In this document: positions 14,101 through 26,510 of the stretch, piece after piece | Position numbering within the stretch: the first letter of the stretch is position 1 | How the letters are laid out: every line of letters begins with the position of its first letter | Source of the DNA: Vicugna vicugna | Taxonomy: Eukaryota | Assembly (NCBI GenBank): GCA_013265495.1 | Contig: MU058424.1 | Location: forward strand, 62,001-126,000 | DNA: 64,000 nt | Direction of reading: 5' to 3' | Program-made: the position numbers and the translations under genes | The notes under the pieces: model-generated | Seen by the model: only the letters and a program-made list of their open reading frames with translations | Database searches by the model: none | Told to the model about the DNA's origin: nothing

Positions 14101-15078
14101 GAGTGCACCTTTGCAGGAGATGTCCACTGGGAAGTGCCCTCTGGTGTTGTCTGTCAATTTTTATGCAGGCTTACAAAGTACTTTTTGTTAATGTTGCCTT
14201 TGTCTCCACCTTAGCTGCAGGCATGCCAGCCACCTGCTCTGTTGTTCCCCAGGTTCTGGGCCCCAGGAACCACCAGCCCAGATCCACCAATGTCAGGTGC
14301 TAGGAGCCCACTGGAGTAAGTGTGCAGTCACATACCTGAATCTGTGTTGCACCAATGTCAGCAAAGACCCCAGCCCCATCTCCACACAGCAGTGATGGCT
14401 GTGACAATGTCACCCCTCTCCTCATGAGAACACACCAACAATGGAGCCAATCAGAGAAAATGGCTCTGATGTGGCTGTGTTGCACCTCTCCCTCCCGTGC
14501 TCACCTGCAGTGGTGCTTTTTATGGGGTCCCTGGCTGTTCTGTTCTGCACACACCCCCAGCCAGAGCTCACACCACCCTCTAGTCCCCTGAGGCTGCTTC
14601 TGTGAACTGGGCCCCAGCCTTCTCCCTGGGCTCATCATTAATCTCCAGCAGCAAGTCCCAGTGTGTCCCTGCTGGCTCGCATCTAAGTCTGGGGATCACA
14701 GGACCCCTCCATACCAGTTTCTCTAAGTTCTATCTGCCAAGCAGCTGCCACTTTCTCCTCTGAGCCTCGGAAGCTCCACTTCTGTCCTTGCTGACCTCCC
14801 AGCTGGGGAAGGGGTGTCCGAGCATAAGGTTCCTTTCTTGCTTTGCTGCTTCTGCCCTGCAGGACTGATCCTGTACTGATTTTCTTTTTCTTTTTCTTGT
14901 TTTTCTCTTTTACCAGATTTTGTGAGAATCCTCCTGTGCTTTGAAGTGAGAGGCACTCTGCCAGAGTTCAGTAGGTGTTCTGCAGTATTCCATGGGTTTT
15001 TAGGTGTAATTCTTGGTGTATTTGTGGGAGAGGGCATGCTGTGAGTCTCTCTAGTCTGCCATCTTGGCACCTCACCCT
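11110..15078 (-). mobile_element. LINE-1 5' portion: 5' UTR, ORF1, ORF2 endonuclease; 3'-truncated and degenerate
   Basis: ORF 13223-13411(-) is ORF1p-like (RDLWDNIK..IIGVPDEE). ORF 11759-12034(-) is the APE endonuclease (DIYRTLHP, TFFSRAHGTFSRIDH, FSDYNGMKLEIN). GC-richer 5' UTR at ~13750-15078 with CCAAGATGGC on the minus strand at 15058-15067. Confidence 0.93.
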
Positions 15079-15113
15079 AAATATTTTTGTATTTGTCTTT
15101 TGGTATGTGTGTT

Positions 15114-15685
15114 TGTGATGGTTAATTGTACGGGTCAACTTGTTTGGGCTGCAGGGTGCCCAGATACTGGTCAAACATTATTAAATGTGGGTCTGTGAGG
15201 GTGTCTTTGGATGACACACGCTTTGAACTGGCAGACTATGCAGAGCGAATTGCCCTTCCTGCTGTGGATGATCCTCATCTCATCAGTTTCAGGTCTGAAT
15301 AGAATTAAAAAGTTGAGCCTTCTTTGAGTAAGAGGGAACTTTCCCTGTCTGACTCCTGAGCTCAGACTTGCCTTTGGACTCAAACTTAAACATTGGCTCT
15401 TCTTGGTTCTTGAGCCAGTCAGCTTTAAGACTGAAACTTTCACCATGGGCTCCCCTGGTTCTTGGGCCTTCAACCTCAGACTGGAATGGCTCTCCTGGGT
15501 TTCCAGCTTGCTGACTGAAAAACTTGGAACTTCTTAGCTTCCATAATCATAGGGGCCATGTTCATATAATAAAGCTCTCTTTCTCACTCTGTATGTGTGT
15601 GTGTCTGTGTGTGTGTATAATATTATTTATAAAATGCATACATATATATTTGAGCCTGTTTCTCTGCAGAGCCCTACCTAATACA
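15114..15685 (+). mobile_element. Solo LTR, MLT2-type (ERVL)
   Basis: Starts tgtgatggttaatt..gtcaacttg and ends gtttctctgcagagccctacctaataca (TG...CA). Perfect 5-bp TSD GTGTT at 15109-15113 and 15686-15690. AATAAA at ~15568. Confidence 0.92.
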
Positions 15686-15699
15686 GTGTTCATGCATTA

Positions 15700-18600
15700 C
15701 ATTGGAAATATACATAGGGATATAATTGCTGTGTGATTTTTCAGTAAATACTGCCAAACTCTTTTCCAAAGTGGTTATACAAATTTATACCTCTACTAGC
15801 AGTACACAACAAGTTTTCATTGCTACACATTCTTGCCAACACTTGGCATTATCAGTTGTTCTTATTTTTAGCTCTTCTAATGGTGTAAATACCTCATTTT
15901 GATTTTGATTTCTATTTTCTTAATTACTCAATAGGATAAACACTTTTTTGTTTGGCAATTATATATTTGGATGTACTTTGTCTTCTGGTGCAATTCTTTT
16001 TCATTTCTATCACCTGTTTGAAGACGTTGTTTGCTCTTTTCTTCTTTAAATATAAAATTTCTTTACATATTCTATATATGAGCCTCTTGTTGATTACATG
16101 TGTTACAACTATCCTCTCACATTTTTTTTCACCCTCTAAAACTGGTGTCATTTGATAAGCTGAAATTTTTAACTTAGATGAACTTCCCTGCCTTAATATT
16201 TCTGTTTTATGTTTTTAATCATGTTGAAACTTCTTTGCATGTACCTGAGGGTTTTTTTTTAAGTTCACTTAGGAATTTTATATGTGTACATTTATGTATA
16301 CATACATATATATACAGAGAAATTTACATATCAATTATATGTTGTAACATGTTTGGATATTATGAGCACATATATAACAAAAATCCTTATAAAAATATAG
16401 ATTATTTTCATCACCTTTTCCTTGTTTTACCTGCCCCATACAAAGAAACTGCTTTTCAGATTTCTCTCACTCTCTTGTTTGTACTCTCTTTTGTTCTAGA
16501 AATTGATATGAATAGAAACATATGATATATATTCTTTTGTGGTTTGCGTCTTGAAAACAGAGTAAAACTTTTGAGGTCCATACACATTGTTATACGATGT
16601 TTATACACATTGTTCAGGTCTGCATTGATGAGTAGAATTCCACTGTATTTTTTGTTGATGAACAATTGTATTGTTTCTCGTTTGGCATTACTGTGAATAA
16701 AGATGCCATGAATATTCTTATATAAATATTTTTATGTACATTTTTTTCTCTTGGGTGAATACCTAAAAGTGGAGTGGCTGGATCAAAAAACAGGTGAGTA
16801 TCTAACTCTGTGAGAAAGGACTAGATCAATGTCTAAAGTAGCTGTGATATTTTATACTCCCACAGCCAATGGAAGAGTGTTTTGGTAGTCCTGCACCTTT
16901 GTATTATGAGGAATCGTCGATCTTTCTAATTTTATGGATATATAATATGTATTTCATTGTAGCTTAATTCATATTTCTTGAGAACTAATCATTGAAAGGA
17001 CTTTTCAGGTGTTTATTAGATGTTCATATAATTTTTTGTGAGTGGCTTTTCAAATTTTTTCCCATTTTTATTGTTTGTTATTTATTACAGAGTTGTAAGA
17101 GTCATGTATGTACTCCTATTGCAAGTCTCCTGTCAGACATGTATATTGCAAGTATTTTCTCACAATTAGTGATTCACTTATTCATTTTCTTTTGGCATAC
17201 TTTGAGAAACTTTTTTTTTTAATTTTAGTAAAGTGCCTTTCATATTTTTCTTTTCTATTTAGTGATTTATTGTGCCCTTTAAGAAATCTTTGTATGGCCC
17301 AAGATCTCACACTTGTAGGCTGACTGTTTCAGATTTCATATTTAGCTCTACAGTCAGTTATCTTTGGCTCCATCTCAGAAGTTTCTTCTTTATAAGCCCT
17401 CCTTCCATCTCTTTATTCCCAGCCCCCTCCTCAGGAAACCCACATCTTCTTTTCTCATTATAGATTAGGTAGCATTTTCTAGAGATTTATAAAAATAGAA
17501 TATTATTTCACTCAATATTGGTCATTTGTGTTTTTTCTCTTTTATTCTTGATAAGCCTTCCTAGGGGGTTATCATTTTCATCATCCTTTTGAAAAGCCTA
17601 CTTTAATTTTCTTTAATTTTCTCTCTTATTCTTCTGTTGTCTATTCCCTTGATGTCTGTTCCTATATTACTCATTTTCTTCTTTCTGCTTAGTTTGGGTT
17701 TAATTTGTTCTTTTTCTAGCTTCGTAAGACAGTAGCTTAATCATGGATCTGAGATCTTTCTTCTTTTACAATATAAATGTTTAAAACTATGTTAAATGTT
17801 TTAAAAAATGTTTAAAAAACTTTTGCTTTACTCATCATTTTACCTGTATTTCACATATTTTGAAATGTTGTTTTTTCATTAATGTTTGGTGCAAAATACT
17901 CTAATTTTCTTTTAGTTTTCTTCTGACTCATGAGTTATTTAGAAATATGCTGCTTAATGTCCAATTATTTGGGCATTTTTCCAGATATGTTTTTGTTACT
18001 GATTTCTAATATAACTCTGTTGAAGTCAGATAATAGATGGTCTGTACAGCATGAAGTCTAACTTTTTTAATGTTTCACATGTGCTTCTAAAAAAGTATAT
18101 TTCAGTTTTAGTTGTAATAATCTGTAAATGTAATTAGGTTAGGTTAGTTGAATAGCATTTTTGAAGTTTTTTGTATTCTTGCTGACTTTCAATCTATATG
18201 TTACATCAATGACTGACAGAGTTTTCAAATCTGCATGTGTTTTTCACTATTTGCTTTGTCTTCTTTCACTCATGTCAGTTTCATTCCATTTTGAAACTGT
18301 TATTAGGGTTATGAGATGCATGCGCATTTAGGATTATCATGTATTCTTGATGAATTAACCATTTTATTATTATGAAATAGCTCCCTTTATGACTAATAAT
18401 ACTCCTGCAGTCTACTCTATGTGATATTATTATAATTATTCTTTTATTATATATATAACTATTCTTATAATTAGTACATATTTCCCTATCATTTAACTTT
18501 TAACTGTACCTTTATGTTTAGTGTATGTCTCTTGTAACAGCATACATTTTGGTCTTATTTTTTAATGTCTTACATGTCAATGTATGGTGTTTATTTGAAG

Positions 18601-19860
18601 AGTTTAATTCATTTACATTTAATTCACTTATTTATATTTTAATTTTAAATCTACTATCCTGCTACATCTTTTCAATTTGTTCTATTTATCCTCTGTTTCT
18701 TTTTTTTCCCTTATTTCCTTTTTTCTGATTGGTATGGCTTTTTTCTGATTTCTTGGCTTATTAGCTAAATCTCTTTCATTTTGGTATGGCTTAAAGTATG
18801 GGAAAAGATATAGCATGCTAATTTCATAAGATAAATGGAGTAACTACATTAATACCAGACTAGAAATTGGTATGGCTTTTTTCTGATTTCTTGGCTTATT
18901 AGCTAAATCTCTTTCATTTTGTTGATGGTTTCTCTAGGATTATATTTTTATATAGTTTATCACGTTCAAAGTCAAACAATACACTATTTCAAATATAATT
19001 CATACATTTTACTTCTACACACATTGTAAGCTACATAGAGCATTTTTTTTTGCTTTAAACAAATTGCTTCCATAAAATTTAATAAATAAGAAAAAATTCT
19101 TTTATATTGTTATGTTTATTATTTCCAGGATTATATGTTCCTTTATGTAGACCTGAGCTTTAATCTGAAGTCATATTTATTTAGCCTCAAAAATTTCCTT
19201 TAATATTGTTAAAGTGTACGTCTACTGATAATAAATCGTTTTAGTTCTGTATCATTTTTTAAAATCTTTATTTTTCCTGATTTTTGACATATATTTTGTT
19301 GGATATAAAATTGCAGGTTGACTACTATTTTCTTCCACAGTATTTTAACGACTTTATTTACTTATTTTTTCTTTTGGCTTGCATTGCTTCTGATGAAAAG
19401 GAGTCAGCTGTATTTCCATTGTGGCTCTTTTTCTCTGTCTCCTTGAAGATTTTTATTTTGTGATGGTTTTCTTAGCAATTTGATTATTATATACCTTAGT
19501 GTGTTCTTTTTGATTTATTCTGTTTGGAAGTCAGTGGATTTCTAGTCTGGTATTAATGTAGTTACTCCAGTTATCTTATGAATTTAGCATGCTATATCTT
19601 TTCCCAAACTTTAAGTTTTAGTTTATTTTATGCCTTTGTATTTAAAGTGTGTTTCTTCTGAACAGCATATAGTTAGGTATTCTTTTTTTTTAATATCCAA
19701 ATTGATGACCTTTGCCATTTATGTAAGGTGTTTTAACAATTTATAATTAATGTCATTAATTACATATTTGGATTTAAATCTACGATCTTGATGTTTTTAC
19801 TGTATTTGTCCCGTTTATTCTTTGTTTCCTCTTTCTCCCTTTCTTTCACCCCATTTTGCA
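15700..19860 (-). mobile_element. Cluster of old, fragmented L1M-type LINE-1 sequence
   Basis: Antisense L1 motifs: ttttccaaagtggttatac, cacattcttgccaacacttgg, ttgggtgaatacctaaaagtggagtggctggatc, ttctttctgcttagtttgggtttaatttg, gtgtatgtctcttgtaacagcatac. Confidence 0.75.
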
Positions 19861-20641
19861 TTATTTCTTATTCCACTTGACTGGTTTGTTAACTTTAACT
19901 GTGTGGATGGTGGATGGGTCTCCCATATTGTATTCAGATCTTTCCCCAGCGAGTCTAGGAGTCAGTCATGTTCATCCTGGTCAGACAGGACAGAAGCAAG
20001 CAGTGGGGTGGTAGAAATAGAGCTGTAGTCAGCCTTGGGGACAGGAACCACCAAGGCAGAAAGTCTGACTTTTTCAACAGCAGCAGAATGTGCTGGCTGC
20101 TCGCACAGAGGCTCCACTTTCTTATAGTGACAAGTACGTCTGTGAAATTGCAACTGAAAGGGAAGGCTAGATCAGAAGTACACAGCGTGGGTAAAAAGTG
20201 GTCATGCTTAAATTTAAAAATATATTTTAAAAATCTTTTTAAATGATCATGCCAAATACCTCACACTTCACTGGCCTGTCTTCCTTTTTCTTGGGTAAGA
20301 ACACAGTTTCTTTTTTAAAATATGATTACCCAACTGTCCCAACAACAAGTTACTGAAATATCTATCTTTTTCCCTCCTTTGTTATAGATTTAGGTCCATT
20401 TCCAGGCTCTTAATTATGTTCCATTGGGTTCTATTCCTAACCCTGCACCAATACTAAAGTCACTTAAATTTATAGCATTAAAAGAAATCGTTATCTCTGG
20501 TAAAGCAAGTATTTTAAATTTGTTATTTTCCTTCAAGAAATTTATATGTATATTTGGATGTTTTCCATTTATTTACAGGTTAGAATTTTATCGTATTTCC
20601 TTTTCTTCACCAAAATATATCGATTTTGATTGGATTATATT

Positions 20642-21269
20642 TGTTAGAGCAGATATGACCAGAGAAAAGGAGGAGCAGGTCAAATGGCAGGAACTGGGCA
20701 GAAAGGAGGGGCACCGGCCAAATACAGGAAACCATAGATCATATAAGCACCAAGGGTCCCTGGGCAGAGAAGGAAAAGCAGGAAACTCTGGGCTGATAAG
20801 TGGTCATACACGTTGGGATGACACATGGCCTGGAGGCTGACAAAAAAAAGGTGAGAAAAGGCAGGAATCTCCAGTGTCCACATGTAGCCTTTTGCTCATT
20901 ATGCCCTCAGTGCAGTAAAATCAGCTTTGCAGATCAGAAGTACCCATCATGCACCAATGCCATGACACTTCTGATCCAGACTAAATAGGGACAAAAATCT
21001 CTCCTTCCTTTGGGAAGGTAGAATTGGGGTGAAAATGACCTCAAACACTTCCCTCCCCAAAGAATATTCCACCCATTTATTTTTACACTCTATGTAATCA
21101 ACTTGTCAATAAAAAAAAGTTCAGGGCAACTGCTCCCCTGAGCCAGCCCACTCTCTCCTTAAGGGTGTTCTATCCATCCTTTAATAAGTCCTCACTTTAT
21201 TTTCTTAACCTTCGTGTCTCATCTCTGAATTCTTTCTGGGATGGGAAAAGAACCCGGACACTGGCTACA
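20642..21269 (+). mobile_element. Probable solo LTR (ERV1-like)
   Basis: TG...CA bounded GC-richer block inside AT-rich L1 sequence, with an ERV1-like U5 end (tctgaattctttc..aagaacccgg..ctaca). No clean TSD seen. Confidence 0.6.
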
Positions 21270-21757
21270 TCTACCAAAAACACACTGAATGTCTCATTTA
21301 ATTTGTGTTGCTTTGCTCTTTGAAATTATCTTTCAATCCATGGGAATGGCATATTTACATATTTATGTCCTTATGTGTGTCTTTCAGCAAAGTGTTATAA
21401 TTTTTCCCACAAAAATCTTATACTTCTTTTGATAGATTTTTATTAGGTATAGTAAATATTTTTGATGGCCCTGTAAATTATATATTTTTAAAATTTACTT
21501 TCTACTTGCTACAGGTATGTAGAAAAATAATTGGTTATATATAATGATCTTATATCTGGGCAACTTTTCATATTCTCCAAGTAATTCTAAGATTTGTACA
21601 TACATTATTTTAGATTTTCTCCCTGCATTACCTTCATAATCTTATACACATGTGTGCACACACACACACTCAACGGAAATATATTACACACCTTATGCTT
21701 AAAGTTTAAACTTATATACATTTTCCTCGGAAAATAAGACAATAAGAATGTCCTCCA

Positions 21758-21978
21758 ATGTACAACATCAAGAGTGAACCCTAATGTAAACTGTGGACTT
21801 TGGTTGATGATAATGCATCCATGATGGTTTATCAATTGTACCAAATATGCCACACTGATGAGGGATGCTGAGGGTAGGGGAGTACATATGTGTGATGAGG
21901 AGGGCGATGTGTGAACTGTCTATATTTTCTGCTCAGTTCTGCTGTAAACCTGAAACTGCTCTAAAAAAATTAAGTCTG

Positions 21979-22013
<35 letters not shown>

Positions 22014-22021
22014 ATTTAAAA
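21758..22021 (+). mobile_element. L1MC-like 3' end with (TAAA)n tail
   Basis: aagagtgaaccctaatgtaaactgtggactttgg...ctgctgtaaacctgaaactgctctaaaaaa. TSD aagaatgtcctcca (21744-21757) / aggaatgtcttcca (22022-22035). Confidence 0.85.
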
Positions 22022-25000
22022 AGGAATGTCTTCCATATCATTACTTAGATTCACCATTATTCTGAAGGTCTTAGCTAGTTTATCAAGGAAAGTAAAACAA
22101 CAAAGGTATAAGATTTGGAAAATATTATAACATAATATTTAATTTTCTTATTTCTTGAAACACTTTTAAGAAATGCAGTTGAAAGCTTGTTTTCTCAATC
22201 TCTGGGGAAAAAAAAACTGGATGGTTTCCTTATCAACTTCAGCGACATTTGAGGAGTGGTATGTATAATGGAAAGAGAAACTGTCATAGGTTCAGTGACT
22301 GAACTGTGGGTCATGAATGAGGAGAGAGTTTCAGGATGTTAAAGTAGTTCCCATAGCGTTTTGTGTATGGGTTTGCACTTACCTCAATTACAAATATATA
22401 ATCACTGATTCAAAATCCATTATGTTTCATCTATGGTCTGCATTATTTGATTTCCTTGTTATTTGGAGAGACTGAAAGTGTAAGGTACTGATTTGACAGT
22501 TCTGGTACTCACATTGCTTCATTATTTTTCTGTAAAACTGGCAGGAACAAAATGAAACTGCTCTCCTTTCAATATGTTCAATTTAACTGTCAGTAGGAAG
22601 TATACAAGATAACTTGAACATTATTCAGTCTTTGGAAAGGAATGAAGAGAGAGAATTCAGCCTATGTATACTTTTTGACAAACTGGGTTCTTTGAATAAA
22701 TAATTAATCACATAATTATTTTCATCCATTATGTGATGATACTGGACTATGTCTAGTGGCTCTTAAGAGATCATCAGGGTCTTACAATTTAGACAAGAAA
22801 ATGAATTTAAATAAATCCACCAACCTAACAGGTAAATAACTTTTTGTTACAACACTTTTGTGAAAAGTTATTAACTTTATGGGGATGTAGCGGAGGACCA
22901 ATAAATGTTCAATAGAAGGTTTTGTAATATTTGAGATAATTAAAGAAATAAAATCAAATTTTACTTTTTGTACTATTTTCACAGAACAGTGGAATCATTC
23001 ACAGCTTTTTTTTTCTTTCTGCAAAAATCACTGTTCCACACAATCTTATCCTTTATTGTGTAAGTGTATTTTTTAAGTTATTTGCCCAATAGTCCACTAT
23101 CCAGAGTTCCTCACATCAATAAATACTATAATAAACATCTATGTTTATATTTATTGTTATCTTAACATAAATACATCAATAAAGTAAATTCTTAGGAATG
23201 AAATAGCTAGGTCAAAATCAACGTGTTCTTCTCATTCTGATAGTGTAACCTAAGATGACTTTGTCCCTTCCCTTATGATTTGAGAGGGAAGTAGCCTCTA
23301 GCACTAAGGAAGGTTTTCATTGCCTGAGACTTACTCTCAGCATTCTCCTTCTGTATTTTGCTTCTTTTTCTCTTCTTTAGCCTCATCTCAGCTCTTTGGA
23401 GCCATCATCCTATATCTCTGGTTACTGTTCCCTCAACGGACTGGGAAGGGATGAGGTGGTAAAAGTTCCCTTTAACATGCTGATTCTGTCAATTTATCAT
23501 TCCTGTGAGTACCCTACCAGTCCAGGAAAAAAGAGACGATTTCTCTTTACTCTAGGTTATAAACCACTTAATTGCAAAATAAGAGTTAAAATGGTTAACT
23601 TGATGTTATCAGATTTGTCCCTAGGTTTTAATTTCAATAGTTTTTCATTTCTAATTTTATCCAAAATTCTGTATTAAAAAAAATCATATCTACAGAAAGA
23701 GATCCATTTTCTCAGATCTGTTTTTTATTGCCCTGTCCATGTACATTACTGGAAGCCTGAGTTCTTATTTATAGAGTAGCATCTCCTGGAGCTTTATGAC
23801 CAGATAGACCGTGCTACTCAGAGCCTACCGATTCTCAGGGACCTCAGAGGGAAGGGGACACATGGGAGGGGATGCAGGCCCCATACTCATTGACGATACA
23901 AATTCTCCTTCCTGGATCCCCCTTTCACCGCCTCTTCATTCCTGCAGAATGTGAGAACAGAGTGATAAATTGTCAAATTATATCCATTTTGAATCAGCGT
24001 GATTTGTGGATTAGACACGTAGGTAAAACAAATCAGGAAGGCTGGTTTAAAAAAATTGCAGTGGTCGAGGTATCAGATGATGAGGGAATAAATTGAAGCT
24101 GTGATGTAGGTCTGTGGAGGCCAGGGTGAGTGTAAGAACTACAAAGAAAGATGAATCACAACTTAGAGTCAAATACGTAAGTGAGAAGAAAAAATAATAA
24201 GTCACTGTAAGACGACATTATGTAGCTCACTAAATATTTTGGTGTCATCTTACCTCTGTGTTTTACAGAATTAAACTAAGTGCTCCTTGAATATTTTAAA
24301 TTTATGTCTTGAGAAATAAATTTTTGCAAAAGATGGCCAGTGGCCTTTTTTGTTTGATCAACTAATAGCCTAAGTAGAAAGAAAGGATTTGGGATTAAAT
24401 GACTGAATTATATACCTGCCCTAGGAGATTTCTCCAGTCCAATAGAACTTGGGATGCTCCGGGTGGTAAACAGAACACGCTGACAATCTGGTACCTTGTC
24501 ACAGGCTGTGAGCAGCCAAGTCCAAGGCCTGAGCTCCTCCAGACGGCACACCAACACTACCCTAGCAAGCCTGTTACTCGTCAGCGCCCCTGGTTTCAGA
24601 GTAAGCAGAACCAAAAACAGAAACGGAAGCAGCGTTCAAGAAAACCCAAGAAGCCTGAGAGATAAAATGGTTGGAAGCCAAGTAACGGGAAGACATGTGT
24701 GAGACAGAAAGCAATCAGCTGTTTGAACATCGATGACTCCATGAAAAGGATCGTTCCATTAAATCAGGAAACGTTTCCATAACCTTCAGGTAAGACAATC
24801 CTTCCGGACGTGCGTCTTAGTGAAAGAAAGAGAGAAAGCAGTCATGGCGGACTGGCGGGCATAGGAAGAAGATAGACATTTTTCTGTCTTCATTTCTATA
24901 CGTAGTTTTTTGGAATCATCCTACTGTAGTGGGCTTGGAAGGGAACTATAAGTAGGAAGAAATGTGGAAGACGTGACTTTTGGGATGGGAAAGTCATGAT

Positions 25001-26305
25001 ACACAGGTCAAAGTTACAGTACATCTTGAACAAACACAAAACAGAAGAGAAGATTCCAGCCTGTGGCAGCGGGAGGCAGGCGCTGCAGCAAAGGCCGGGA
25101 GGGGCGTTCCTCGCAGCCTCACGGAGCCGAGAACGGCAGTGTTGTAGGCGTGAAGGGCGGTCAGCACACAGGACAGAACAGTGTCTGGTGTCCTTGGTAC
25201 ATTCGGAATCTCAACTCCCAGTCCTAAAACTCAAGTTCTTCAGGTGCGGTGGATGCAGGTCATTGGACTCTAGACTTTGTACTCAGCCGAGTGCCGAGGG
25301 CGTTACAGCTGTCAGTAGCCAGGGTGCACCTGGTTTCATCACTCACCGAAAGCCCGTTTGGGCAGCTCTGTGCCAATTCCAGTTTAAACGGTAATATCTT
25401 GGGAGAGGGAGACATTAAAGTCTATTTTGTAACATGTAAAAAGCTCTGCATAAAATATACCCAAATATCAAATATTGGCTATTTCTTTGCTTTATGCATT
25501 TTGTGAGAATTGGTAATTGGTGATTTTTTATCTCTCAACATCTAATTAGAACATAGCTGTGGAAACGTGCACAATTTGAGGTGATACTTCAAATATACTT
25601 TTTGAAATGTTAGTTAAATACTATGTCCCTCCAGTACTAATGTACTAATATACTAGAAGATAATGTAATATAATGTGCTGATAGTGCCAATCAGTATTAG
25701 TGTGCTAATATACTAGAAGAGAGTTTATTCAAACTATGGAAATAAGTGAAAGTCTGAGAACAAATTTTAAAATCTGTCCTGTTTAATTTATTAGTATAAA
25801 CTATCTCTCAATCATATTTGAAATCACTTATAAAAAATTAAAAGAAGGACTAAATAATGTTTTGAAGTGGTTGTTGAGCAGAATTACTGGGGAATATAGG
25901 GTGAAAAGTCTGCTGTAATTAGTCACAAAATAGCTCTAAGTTCTCTGGAGGCCAAGGGGGTAAAAAAAGAAAGTACAGCATTGTAACTTATAGACGTTTT
26001 TCATTCTGTAAAAGAAAACTTATCCATTTGTTAAAAGATCAACATGCTTTTAGTTCTAAACTCTATAGAAGTTTTTATAAGACTATTATAAAAATAAAAT
26101 GAGTAAAATAATAGTATATTTCACGTAAATTTTACAAAGAATGAATATTCAGTCTACTTGCATCTGTTTCTAATGGCAACTTCAAATCTGAGTCAAAAAG
26201 TCAATTTTGAATCTGTGCACTGTGAAGGCATTTCCTCAAAAAGCTAAATGAATACAATCTAGGTCATTTTCCAAGAAGTGTATGATTTAGAATATAGCAT
26301 TAAAC

Positions 26306-26510
26306 AGCATTTTTCAAACTGAAGGTAGCAACCTGCTAGCAGATAATGAAATTAATTTAGTGAATTAAATATCATTAAAATTAGATTCAAATACAGTAGA
26401 AAATGACATGGCTTTAAAATTTCTGTTTCATGCACATATGTAGTGTTTTGAGTCATGGAGTGAAACGTATGGCTGTAAGTCGTAGCCATTAAGGTTGAAT
26501 ATCACAGACC
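26306..26510. mobile_element. Possible hAT-Charlie-type MITE remnant
   Basis: Starts cagcatttttcaaactg...aaattaatttagtg and ends aaggttgaatatcacag, resembling degenerate hAT terminal inverted repeats. Confidence 0.4.

Noticed and set aside
13134..15174. Several 60-150 aa ORFs on both strands
   Set aside because: They lie in the L1 5' UTR/ORF1; only 13223-13411(-) resembles a real protein, a broken ORF1p.
24399..25506. Cluster of ORFs suggesting a gene or retrocopy
   Set aside because: No recognisable protein motifs, splice pattern, poly-A or TSD; explained by higher local GC.
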